From the NCBI RefSeq assembly GCF_002113885.1, contig NW_018407189.1, positions 111,720 to 175,719 on the forward strand: a DNA stretch of 64,000 nucleotides, in the 5' to 3' direction. A model generated the notes under the pieces. The model ran no database searches. It saw only the letters and a program-made list of their open reading frames with translations, and was not told where the DNA came from. Shown piece by piece: positions 54,701-60,700 of this stretch. A program made the position numbers and the translations under genes. Each line of letters opens with the position of its first letter. Position 1 is the stretch's first letter. Source of the DNA: Mizuhopecten yessoensis. Taxonomy: Eukaryota.

Positions 54701-57576
54701 ATTAGGTTCCCCTGTCACTTAATACTCCTTTGGGAATCGAACTCTGCAAAATGTTTCCAGTAGCGCTTCAGCTATTCTCTCTGTTTCAATCTTTGGTAAA
54801 GCAACATCTTCAGAGTACTACTGCCAGTAAATAGTGGTTTCTACACTCTTTGGATGGCTCTTCAATCAAAGGCATCTCCCCCAGAGGTACTTTTGTGACT
54901 CTCCCTTTGGTATTATCTTTTTGCATATGTCGCATGATCTACAGTGTCTAGTCAAATCACTTATAATTCCAGGGCAGCAGAAAATCGTTGACATCCTATC
55001 AATTGTCTTTTGTATTCTTAAGTGCCCCCCAACAATTGATTCGTGCGCTAGCGCCATAGCTTGTTTCATGTATGTATCTGGTACGGCAATCTGTCTTATT
55101 TCCCCAGATACGTTACCGGTTTTCTGTGTATAAACACGATACAAAAAGATTGTTATTCATTTCCATTCTGTATCTCTTGTCTCCTTCGTTACCTCCCTTG
55201 GTTTATCTTCCTTCTCGGCTTTCTTCAGTCCTTCTAGTCCAATAAGTTCAACTCTCTCCACATATTCGTTTAATGGCTGCATATGTTGCTTCTCTCTCTC
55301 TTCGATACAGATCTAGTCTTAACTCCAGACAACTGAGTTCCATCAGAGCGTAGTCTCCAATCAGGATCAGCAGTAAAATATATTCCTAATCACAAGGTCA
55401 TATATCGGGTCCTTCATTTGCATCGCTTCCAATTATCCAATGTAGAAAGGTGTATCCTCTTCAATCTTTACGTCCGATCTGTTCCATCAAGCAATATACA
55501 TAGGAGTTTTTTGTCCGTTATCTGCTCTATATGTAATCTTTGTTTGTCTTTACAGACTTGCAGAGTGCTGCTTCCTTGGTGTCCTTAAGCTGACTATTCC
55601 TGATTTATTTTGATCCAATCTTGCTTCCATCTGCATTGTCTCGAGCAATATGGCCCTCGCCACCACATATAAAACAAAGTCCGGTTTTAATATTTATTAT
55701 ATCAATGAACTTATATATATTATTTGTAATGCATTTACTAAATATTGGATAATGTAATCGAGCAGATGTTTTTCAGACGTGTAAGTACTTTTTTATTATT
55801 TGTCTGTTGCTTTTTTTCATTTCAACAAATTGTATTGACAGATGTTCTGGTCAAATTGATTGAATAACAGGCAAGCCTATATAAATTGTTTCCATAAGAG
55901 GCTTTAAATTTGATCAAATATATCGACAATGTAGTTACAATAATGATTTAATAATTACAGAATACTTTAAAATGAAAAATTATATATATATACAAGTATA
56001 TAGAGTTATACTAATTAAGGGATCAGGGGAGATATAACTCCACGATAAACACAATGGGGATGAATTCATAGGACATTACACAAACAATACACAAGCAAGT
56101 CAGAATCATGCATCCAACACACATACAGTTATTTTCTCATTAAACAAAGCATAGTCACAGACAGCAGATTATATGTACAGTAAGAGTGGACTTTGACCAA
56201 AAGTTCATGTGCATAGGTCATTGCTACTTATACTGTGTATCTGTAGTAAATAAGTACAAATTTTAAAAAATATGACAGAAAGCCAATATATAATTTTATG
56301 TTAACTATAGTGAAAACAAAATAAACAAAATATAACAATCCCGCTCATCTGTCGTCTCATCTTTCACTATGTATTAAAACATTTTATACTTTTATAGATC
56401 GATTTACAATTCAGATTAAAATAAAACTTATTTAACTTACTAACCATGTATATAATGCATCATGGCGTTCTACGTCATATAAAAATTTAAACGCCTAATT
56501 TCTCCAATAAAATTCTGAATTTGACCAGGCAGCTGTCTTTAATGTAACGAATCGAAAGGACACTTCACTACTGCTTGAGAAAGGTAACTTTTTAAAAGTG
56601 ATTCCATTCTACAACATGAAAAATCATTTCGAGACGGTAATATTCTTGTCAAACGGTTTGTTCATGGACTCGATTATTTTAAGAAATTTGTGTTTTTCTA
56701 GATAAAACTCTTTCATATCTCTCAATGTTTTCAAATTCTATTTTTCAATTAATATAACTACTTCTTGTCAGTGTACTGTAAGATCACCGAGCTCACATGT
56801 ATATATCCCCTGCTTTCACTTACAATTTCCCTTGAGCAGAAATTAGGGGCCATTACTCCAGGGGGAAATTATAATTACAAATATCTATCTTCATGCACAG
56901 CTACTTATGATGTTGTTCAACTGTGCAAAGTAACAACACACACACACACACACACAAAACACCCCCACCCCACACCCACACCAAAAAAAAGGGGGAAAAT
57001 ACAAAGAGACTAATAGTGAAGTTGCAAGGTTTCTAGAACAGATATTCAAAGTTTCAATGGCCATAACTCTAGGACATAAGAGTTGAATTGCAAATTCCTT
57101 TCTTCGTGTACATTAACAAATGATGCACTTGCACTATGTTAAGTTACAAAATATCAAACACACGGCTTTAGAGAAGTTGCGCTTACAACGATTATGAACA
57201 GACGGACGGACAGGGTAATTCTTATATACGTCCCGTAATAATGATATAGTATCCTTAATATTATAATTTGAACAACTTGGTGATTATTTCAATATTATAA
57301 GTTGGAAATAACATACCTGCTTATCGACTGTTGAAGTAAGCGTTGGAACTGAGAGCAAAACTTCTTTTGTCCTTCAACGTTTAAAGGAGGTGTCATACCG
57401 TCTATCAGGACTTTGTATTGATGCGGCGTTAAACATGAATGATCCTGTTCAAGTGTTTTAGATATTATAGTTAGAAGAGTTATTGCTTTACTCAGGCTGT
57501 AGTCGTCCGTTTCTTTGTCACGTTGTTCTGTCTGGGACAGCAGTAGCTTGGCATACCTCTTGATTAGTTCATCCCT
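878..57576 (-). CDS. RNF213: RNF213/mysterin-like giant AAA+ ATPase-E3 ligase gene, partial (46 internal exons; 5' start and 3' E3 module outside the window)
   Basis: Exons flanked by GT/AG join in phase to 7596 nt with no stop. Peptides match recalled RNF213 motifs in the right order: IPVIIMGETGCGKT, VHGGTT, LFFDEANTTEAI, IAACNPYRK, LVYRVHPLP, VWDFGQL, DECSFVSLRDV, IPLFLVGKPGSSKSLAK, VVVLDEIGLAEDSP, ISNWALDPAKMNRG, FFGLRDFY, FGSSFPKDQEYTQICRNINRIK. Confidence 0.95.
1142..1283 (-). CDS. RNF213: RNF213-like exon w45 (ENRYLLLLTENY...FGSSFPKDQEYTQ)
   Basis: Conserved motifs; phase 2-0. Confidence 0.95.
1928..2004 (-). CDS. RNF213: RNF213-like exon w44 (PRSSDPDCSQMGLIKAAL...VD)
   Basis: AG/GT, phase 0-2. 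Confidence 0.85.
2553..2706 (-). CDS. RNF213: RNF213-like exon w43 (LIKMMYAF...ILRNFGG...NTK)
   Basis: LIKM and LRNF.G motifs; phase 2-0. Confidence 0.93.
3827..3961 (-). CDS. RNF213: RNF213-like exon w42 (GICETDK...EFFGLRDFY)
   Basis: EFFGLRD.Y motif; phase 2-2. Confidence 0.94.
4784..4893 (-). CDS. RNF213: RNF213-like exon w41 (VSFLGISNWALDPAKMNRG...ESA)
   Basis: Conserved motif; phase 0-2. Confidence 0.95.
5255..5465. repeat. Degenerate 21-bp (10+11) tandem array built on TAACGCGAAA/TAACGCGTAA
   Basis: Visible directly; it produces the 7-aa periodic spurious ORF 5316..5531. Confidence 0.85.
5467..5822 (+). mobile_element. Decayed IS3EU-like (IS3/integrase-type) transposase fragment
   Basis: One frame reads IIISKSTLKRILKRLHLTRRKHYS...NSGQLHGFRWMHNK*...LLKILDPDGV..RKRLHRRQSVSNGPVYVWHV with stops, ending just before the first catalytic Asp. 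Family from recalled motifs. Confidence 0.7.
6562..6633 (-). CDS. RNF213: RNF213-like exon w40 (ALHPLLEDG...AYKK)
   Basis: LHPLLEDG motif; 72 nt. Confidence 0.93.
9972..10142 (-). CDS. RNF213: RNF213-like exon w39 (Walker B VVVLDEIGLAEDSP, AAA4)
   Basis: 171 nt, phase 0-0. Confidence 0.96.
10700..13900 (+). mobile_element. Decayed CR1-group LINE: 2A-like motif, PHD finger, APE endonuclease, RT, 3' UTR ending (TGTAAA)n
   Basis: GYIESNPGP at ~10833-10859; Cys/His PHD pattern ~10870-11040; APE motifs AGDFDCP, NMLDLIFT, SDH; RT motifs RPVSLTSVPCKLLEHI, GVSQGTVLGPLLF, SADD; stops and frameshifts present. The 5' end is approximate. Confidence 0.9.
14038..14260 (-). CDS. RNF213: RNF213-like exon w38 (Walker A GKPGSSKS, AAA4)
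   Basis: ENVFMMTVCIELRIPLFLVGKPGSSKSLAK; phase 2-0. Confidence 0.96.
14485..14600 (-). mobile_element. Possible CORE-SINE remnant
   Basis: cagctgagtagactgg...ttgctcaaaggtacaacacagtgcc resembles the reverse-complement CORE domain as recalled; heavily diverged. Confidence 0.4.
14783..14973 (-). CDS. RNF213: RNF213-like exon w37 (MTNKGN...LVLALGVCY...EIR)
   Basis: LA.GVCY motif; phase 0-2. Confidence 0.92.
15838..15939 (-). CDS. RNF213: RNF213-like exon w36 (DECSFVSLRDVQRTLQVMSWF...EER)
   Basis: DECSFVSLRDV motif; phase 0-0. Confidence 0.94.
16370..16477 (-). CDS. RNF213: RNF213-like exon w35 (TASQIRR...LLASQSYMRAQE)
   Basis: L.ASQ..MR motif; 108 nt, phase 0-0. Confidence 0.87.
16705..16868 (-). 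CDS. RNF213: RNF213-like exon w34 (IPMRHLVYRVHPLP...VWDFGQL...GRAN)
   Basis: Conserved motifs; gtaaga donor. Confidence 0.92.
17718..17800 (-). CDS. RNF213: RNF213-like exon w33 (HSADMIKRLEKAGLGYHV...DKL)
   Basis: RLE.AGLGY motif; phase 2-1. Confidence 0.94.
18483..18724 (-). CDS. RNF213: RNF213-like exon w32 (VHGGTT...Walker B LFFDEANTT...AACNPYR)
   Basis: Conserved motifs; AG/GTGAG. Confidence 0.96.
18968..22330 (-). mobile_element. Decayed RTE-X-like LINE (APE, RT, C-terminal CCHC)
   Basis: Fragments in order: GTAFIWRR..NDRILAI (APE), GKSPSHD, QGVGQGRVLS..INDL, LFLADD, PSLTYGCELW, CKLCGQQGSNAIVHFLIQC (~19290-19360); 3' end GGAGGAAATAAAG followed by (ATATCT)n. Confidence 0.85.
22761..22881 (-). 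CDS. RNF213: RNF213-like exon w31 (Walker A GETGCGKT, AAA3)
   Basis: CNIPVIIMGETGCGKTSLVKF; phase 2-0. Confidence 0.96.
23165..23287 (-). CDS. RNF213: RNF213-like exon w30 (TQRLEKL...DPDASYELTSDNMKKILAIYMRF)
   Basis: DPD..YELT.DN..KILAI.MRFR motif; phase 2-2. Confidence 0.94.
23618..24607 (-). mobile_element. Non-autonomous Helentron-type element (HINE/pearl-like) with internal ~157-bp repeats
   Basis: Ends AACAAGAGGCCCAGAGGGCCT..GCTCACCTGG and GCTCACCTTGGTCC..ACCAGGTCAGCTAA (terminal hairpins and subterminal repeat), a (GACG)n microsatellite and tandem core repeats. Confidence 0.85.
25523..25738 (-). CDS. RNF213: RNF213-like exon w29 (PHPYLFFNED...ADLP)
   Basis: PHPY.FFN motif; phase 2-2. 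Confidence 0.94.
26496..26614 (-). CDS. RNF213: RNF213-like exon w28 (DFATRSLHMS...MKRRWET)
   Basis: DFAT.SL and RWE motifs; phase 0-2. Confidence 0.92.
26855..27023 (-). CDS. RNF213: RNF213-like exon w27 (NCGVGDPSWAELKQF...IQMSQ)
   Basis: CGV..PSW.EL motif; AG/GTAAG. Confidence 0.94.
27375..28892 (-). mobile_element. Second copy of the same HINE family with a longer core-repeat array (contains an N at 28688)
   Basis: Same termini, microsatellite and core repeats as 23618-24607. Confidence 0.85.
29087..29207 (-). CDS. RNF213: RNF213-like exon w26 (MIVGFCEEEY..FQVPYDHLRR...TLL)
   Basis: FQ.PY..LRR motif; phase 1-2. Confidence 0.88.
29967..30060 (-). CDS. RNF213: RNF213-like exon w25 (PSVVHKTLCILPTKRCISPRE...PQ)
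   Basis: AG/GTAGGT, phase 0-1. Confidence 0.85.
30227..30373 (-). CDS. RNF213: RNF213-like exon w24 (VQSGVDYLIFHLL...TEGK)
   Basis: 147 nt, phase 0-0. Confidence 0.92.
30998..31106. repeat. 29-bp inverted repeat (27/29 match) with a 51-nt spacer
   Basis: ATCTGTCATTCGTTTCCCTTCATATTAGA (30998-31026) versus TCTAATATGAAGGGAAACTTATGACAGAT (31078-31106). Confidence 0.85.
31512..31734 (-). CDS. RNF213: RNF213-like exon w23 (Walker A-like SKRAGQGKT, probably AAA2)
   Basis: RAGQGKTLY...LLHIDIAP; phase 2-0. Confidence 0.93.
32063..32207 (-). CDS. RNF213: RNF213-like exon w22 (FQLVVLSSKENE...LVHDG)
   Basis: AG/GT, phase 1-2. Confidence 0.88.
33164..33311 (-). CDS. RNF213: RNF213-like exon w21 (VEAFFRRSL...YADQLS...GKKN)
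   Basis: AG/GT, phase 0-1. Confidence 0.9.
34077..34192 (-). CDS. RNF213: RNF213-like exon w20 (DIINASLSVY...PLPRPEEILMCTSETTLDE)
   Basis: PLP..EE.L.CT..TT.EE-type motif; phase 1-0. Confidence 0.92.
34400..34965. repeat. Degenerate ~20-bp tandem array (ATAGTTACACTATATCACC-like)
   Basis: Recurrent AGTTACA/TATCACC motifs at roughly 20-bp spacing. Confidence 0.7.
35408..35488 (-). CDS. RNF213: RNF213-like exon w19 (PKEYRIDRSLPEPLRRGEPNLIVCPE)
   Basis: G.PNL.VC motif; phase 1-1. Confidence 0.9.
35947..36083 (-). CDS. RNF213: RNF213-like exon w18 (TSNVEHMLE...DFLSLGRLGEIL..QK)
   Basis: Phase 2-1, AG/GT. Confidence 0.85.
36824..36902 (-). CDS. RNF213: RNF213-like exon w17 (GPETSSKPIFTLL...EEVNG)
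   Basis: Phase 1-2, tandem CAGCAG acceptor, gtaatt donor. Confidence 0.72.
37138..37594 (-). CDS. RNF213: RNF213-like exon w16 (IFDSLRRLG...FYFLNHFTTKQL...ERPRQ)
   Basis: tttcag acceptor; YFLNHFTTKQL motif; phase 0-1. Confidence 0.92.
37835..38017 (-). CDS. RNF213: RNF213-like exon w15 (VLPNVIRIC...DIQSRLML...EKFTM)
   Basis: 183 nt, phase 0-0, AG/GT. Confidence 0.85.
39057..39200 (-). CDS. RNF213: RNF213-like exon w14 (EDAKASVNKLKF...GGTDL)
   Basis: 144 nt, phase 0-0, AG/GT. Confidence 0.82.
40246..40460 (-). CDS. RNF213: RNF213-like exon w13 (QNDIKTFVDLALMAIGESDLDIAVVRCLHSAALGY...HKKL)
   Basis: FVDLA..GE.D.D...C.HSA..GY motif typical of RNF213; AG/GTAAG. Confidence 0.92.
40979..41129 (-). 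CDS. RNF213: RNF213-like exon w12 (EKKGIVLRL...LVEWIKTTMK)
   Basis: AG/GT, phase 0-1. Confidence 0.88.
41360..41952 (-). CDS. RNF213: RNF213-like exon w11 (EETELLDYLK...AAMMKM)
   Basis: 593 nt within ORF 41303..41959; phase 1-0. Confidence 0.88.
42660..42947 (-). CDS. RNF213: RNF213-like exon w10 (KRKTFGVTEEAMEIL...TNEEI)
   Basis: ttttcag acceptor, gtatgt donor, phase 1-1. Confidence 0.85.
43690..44130. mobile_element. Old HINE/pearl-like remnant
   Basis: (GACA)/(GACG) microsatellite at ~44070-44100 followed by the CTATAAGCCC end motif; TGACCT-rich body. Boundaries approximate. Confidence 0.45.
44512..44668 (-). CDS. RNF213: RNF213-like exon w9 (NDGKDFWKLGPAFW...GLNML)
   Basis: AG/GTAAG, phase 0-1. 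Confidence 0.8.
44959..45072 (-). CDS. RNF213: RNF213-like exon w8 (VPAHSLLTYYCK...EEAYNH)
   Basis: ttttacag acceptor, gtatgt donor, 114 nt, phase 0-0. Confidence 0.75.
45623..45686 (-). CDS. RNF213: RNF213-like exon w7 (MALVKTWETSICNHFRQSVEK)
   Basis: ctttacag acceptor, gtaagt donor, phase 2-0. Confidence 0.7.
45758..45792. repeat. (TA)n microsatellite
   Basis: Seen directly. Confidence 0.95.
46291..46349 (-). CDS. RNF213: RNF213-like exon w6 (TADRCMDFERIGVSSGNRN)
   Basis: tttacag acceptor, gtaaga donor, phase 0-2; supported only by splice signals and phase. Confidence 0.6.
47636..47936 (-). CDS. RNF213: RNF213-like exon w5 (NISSDDELAEKY...IEILAK)
   Basis: Within ORF 47489..47953; AG/GT, phase 2-0. 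Confidence 0.8.
48290..48495 (-). mobile_element. V-domain SINE remnant (tRNA-derived)
   Basis: 48358-48392 reads GTGGATTTTCTCCGAGTACTCCGTTTTCCTCCCAC on the minus strand, close to the recalled V-domain core GTGGGTTTCCTCCGGGTACTCCGGTTTCCTCCCAC; a degenerate tRNA-like head lies upstream. Confidence 0.7.
49385..49452 (-). CDS. RNF213: RNF213-like exon w4 (DLCHLLTHMAKDMSKENTTLPV)
   Basis: ttttgcag acceptor, gtat donor, phase 0-2 bridges its neighbours. Confidence 0.7.
50012..50210 (-). CDS. RNF213: RNF213-like exon w3 (HFPFLENHLC...ATFEN)
   Basis: ccag acceptor, gtgagt donor, phase 2-0. Confidence 0.8.
50469..50690 (-). CDS. RNF213: RNF213-like exon w2 (DKLRQTVTRFCE...WLFCIPLIHLL...LGSI)
   Basis: AG/GT, phase 2-2; WLxxxPxxHxL motif resembles the RNF213 N-arm. 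Confidence 0.85.
51125..51625 (-). repeat. 3' LTR of the Gypsy element (~501 bp, TGT...ACA) preceded by a PPT
   Basis: The minus strand reads AAGGGAGGGGAA|TGTAG at 51625 and ...CTAACA at 51125; no second LTR is available to confirm the distal end. Confidence 0.65.
53198..54350 (-). mobile_element. 5'-truncated Penelope-like element (RT C-terminus, GIY-YIG, pLTR) nested in the Gypsy element
   Basis: NIKFACEEE..MSFLD..VY*KKTHTDQYLNF, VVIPYIKGISETI, CVYKI..NCDTSYIG, KSAITDHV..NHVIDWDN; flanked by an imperfect 12-bp duplication. Confidence 0.88.
53236..53295 (-). ncRNA. Minimal hammerhead ribozyme motif (Penelope type)
   Basis: Minus strand: UGU-CUGAUGA-A-GGUGAC[18 nt]GUCAUC-GAAACGUC-ACA. Conserved core, stem II, palindromic ACGU stem III and a short stem I. 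Confidence 0.75.
56780..57240. mobile_element. Old HINE/pearl-like remnant
   Basis: GGCCAT(T/A)ACTC core-repeat motif twice and a GACAGACGGACGGACA-type microsatellite near 57200. Boundaries approximate. Confidence 0.45.
57317..57576 (-). CDS. RNF213: RNF213-like exon w1 (N-arm; RDELIKRYAKLLLSQ...QQSIS)
   Basis: 260 nt open frame, ttcag acceptor, gtatgt donor, phase 2 fits the next exon; not in the ORF track. Confidence 0.75.
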
Positions 57577-57723
57577 CTGAATATTAGAAAATCTCTTTAC
57601 TGTTTATCTCCAAATTAACATTAATAAAAGAATTGCATTTATATCAGTATTGTATTTATATATTGACAGCTATGCCCAGGATGGATGTATATACTTATAA
57701 ACTTAATATTAAGATTGTTTACA

Positions 57724-60700
57724 CCGGGGTAATATGAGGACTGTACATAGGGAGACAACAGCCAGGGTCATATGAGGACGATACCTAGGGAGACACAACA
57801 ACCAGGGTCATATGAGGACGGTGGATAGGGAGACACAACAACCAGGGTCATATGAGGACCGTGACTAGGGAGACATCAGCCAGTGTCATATTAGGACGGT
57901 GCCTAGGGAGACACAACAACCAGGGTAATATGAGGACGGTGCCTAGATAGACAACAGCCAGGGTTATATATGAGAACGGTGCCTAGCGATAAAACAGACA
58001 GGGTAATATGAGGACGGTACCTAGGGAGACACAACAACCAGGGTAATATGAGAACGGTGCCTAGCGAGACAACTACCAGGGTAATATGAGGACGGTGACT
58101 AGGGAGACAACAGCCAGGGTCATATGAGGACGGTGGATAGTGAGACAACAGCCAGGGTCATATGAGGACGGTGACAAGGGAGACAGCAGCCAGTGTCATA
58201 TGAGGACGGTTCCTAGGGAGACAACAGCCAGGGTCATATGAGGACGGTACCTAGGGATACACAACAACCAGGGTGATATGAGGACGGTTCCTAGCGAGAC
58301 AATAGACAGGGTCATATGAGGACGGTGACTAGAGAGACAACAGCCAGGGTCATATGAGGACGGTGGCTATGGAGACAACAGCCTTGTTCATATGAGGATG
58401 GTGACTAGGGAGACAGCAGCCAGTGTCATATGAGGACGGTTCATAGGGAGACAAAAGCCAGGGTCATATGAGGACGGTACCTAGGGATACAAAACAACCA
58501 GGGTCATATGAGGACCGTTCCTAGGGAGACAATAGACAGGGTCATATGAGGATGGTGGCTAGAAAGACAACAGCAAGGGTCATATGAGAACAGTGCATAG
58601 AGTGACAACAGCCACGGTCAATTAAGAATGGTGCCTAGGGAGACAACAGCCAGGGTCATATGAGGACTGTGCCTAGGGAGGCAACAGCCAGGGTTATATG
58701 AGGACGGTGCCTGAGGAGGCAAATGCCAGGGTCATATGAGGACGTTGCCTAGGGAGACAAAAGCCAGGGTCATATGAGAACTGTGCCTGGGGAGGCAACA
58801 GCCAGGGTTATATGAGGACGGTGCCTAGGGAGGAAACAGCCAGGGTCATATGAGGACGTTGCCTAGGGAGACAACAGCCAGGGTCATATGAGGACGGTAC
58901 CTAGGGATACACAACAACCAGGGTCATAAGAGGACGGTGCCTAGCAAGACAATAGCCAGGGTCATATGAGGACGGTTCCTAGCGAGACAATAGCCAGGGT
59001 CATATAAGGACGGTTCTTAGCGAGTCAATAGCCAGGGTCATATAAGGACGGTTCCTAGCGAGACAATAGCCAGGGTCATATGAGGACGGTGACTAAGGAC
59101 ACAACAGCCAGGGTCATATGAGGACTGTGCCTAGGGAGACAACAGCCAGGGTTATATGAGGACGGTGCATGGGGAGGCAAAGGCCAGGGTCATATGAGGA
59201 CAGTACCTAGGCAGACAGCAGACACGGTCATATGAGGACGGTGACTAAGGAGACAACAGCCAGGGTCATATGAGGACTGTGTCTAGGGAGACAACAGTCA
59301 GGGAAATATGAGGACGGTAACTAGGGAGACAACAACCAGGGTCATTTGAGGACGGTAACTAGGCAGACAGCTGACAGGGTAATATGAAGACGGTACCTAG
59401 GGACACACAACAACCAGGGTGATTTGAGGACGGTGCCTAGAGAGACAACAGCCAGGGTCATATGAGGAAGGTAAGTAGGGAGACAACAGCCAGGGTGATA
59501 TGAGGACGGTGCCTAGCGAGACAACAGCCAGGGTCATATGAGGACGGTGCCTAGAGAGACAACAGCCAGGTTCATACTAGGAAGGTAAATAGGGAGACAA
59601 CAGCCAGGGTCATATGAGGACAGTGCCTAGAGAGACAACAGCCAGGTTCATATGAGGACGGTACCTAGGGATTCACAACAACCAGGGTCATATGACGACG
59701 GTGCCTAGAGAGACAACAGCCAGGGTCATATGAGGACGGTGCCTAGAGAGACAACAGCCAGGTTCATACGAGGAAGGTAAATAGGGAGACAACAGCCAGG
59801 GTCATATGAGGACAGTGCCTAGAGAGACAACAGCCAAGTTCATATGAGGACGGTACCTAGGGATTCACAACAACCAGGGTCATATGACGACGGTGCCTAG
59901 AGAGACAACAGCCAGGGTCATATGAGGACGGAGGCTAGGGAGACAACAGCCATGGTCATATGAGGACGGTGACTAGGGAGACAGCAGCCAGTGTCATATG
60001 AGGACGGTTCCTAGGGAGACAACAGCCAGGGTCATATCAGGACGGTACCTAGGGATACACTACAACCAGGGTCATATGAGGACCGTTCCTAGCGAGACAA
60101 TAGACAGGGTCATATGAGGATGGTGGCTAGGAAGACAACAGCAAGGGTCATATGAGGACAGTGCATAGAGAGACAACAGCCAGGGTCAATTAAGAATGGT
60201 GCCTAGGGAGACAACAGCCAGGGTCATAGGAGGACTGTGCCTAGGGAGGCAACAGCAAGGGTTATATGAGGACGGTGCCTGGGGAGGCAAATGCCAGGGT
60301 CATATGAGGACGTTGCCTAGGGAGACAACAGCCAGGGTCATATGAGGACGGTACGTAGGGATACACAACAGCCAGGGTCATATGAGGACGGTTCCTAGCG
60401 AGACAAAAGCCAGGGTCATATGAGGACGATTCCTAGCGAGACAATAGCCAGGGTCATATAAGGACGGTTCCTAGCGAGACAATAGCCAGGGTCATATGAA
60501 GACGGTGACTAAGGACACAACAGCCAGGGTCATCTGAGGACTGTGCCTAGGGAGACAACAGGCAGGGGAATATGAGGAAGGGGACTAGGGAGACAACAGC
60601 CAGGGTCATATGAGGACTGTGCCTAGGGAGACAACAGTCAGGGTAATATGAGGAAGGTGACTAGGGAGACAACAGCCAGGGTCATTTGAGGACGGTACCT

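Larger units (their letters stand above)
51125..55690 (-). mobile_element. Decayed Ty3/Gypsy LTR retrotransposon, Gmr1-type order (gag ZnK, PR?, INT, RT, RH, PPT, 3' LTR); no 5' LTR seen
   Basis: CFICGGEGHIARD (~55640-55680); integrase HHCC AHESIVGGH..CRSCDIC (54866-55144) and core TTPYNPKCYG (54435-54686); RT PIVMVKKKD..RVCID and TAF..YQF..LPF (52100-52822); RNase H ASKKL..ERECLAI..YTDHRPL (~51720-51890). Confidence 0.9.

Noticed and set aside
56441-56608. 168-nt candidate cassette exon with AG/GTAAGT ends
   Set aside because: It has in-frame TAA and TAG in the RNF213 phase, and w1 and w2 join without it. It could be a poison exon or another decayed fragment, but there is no support without RNA-seq.
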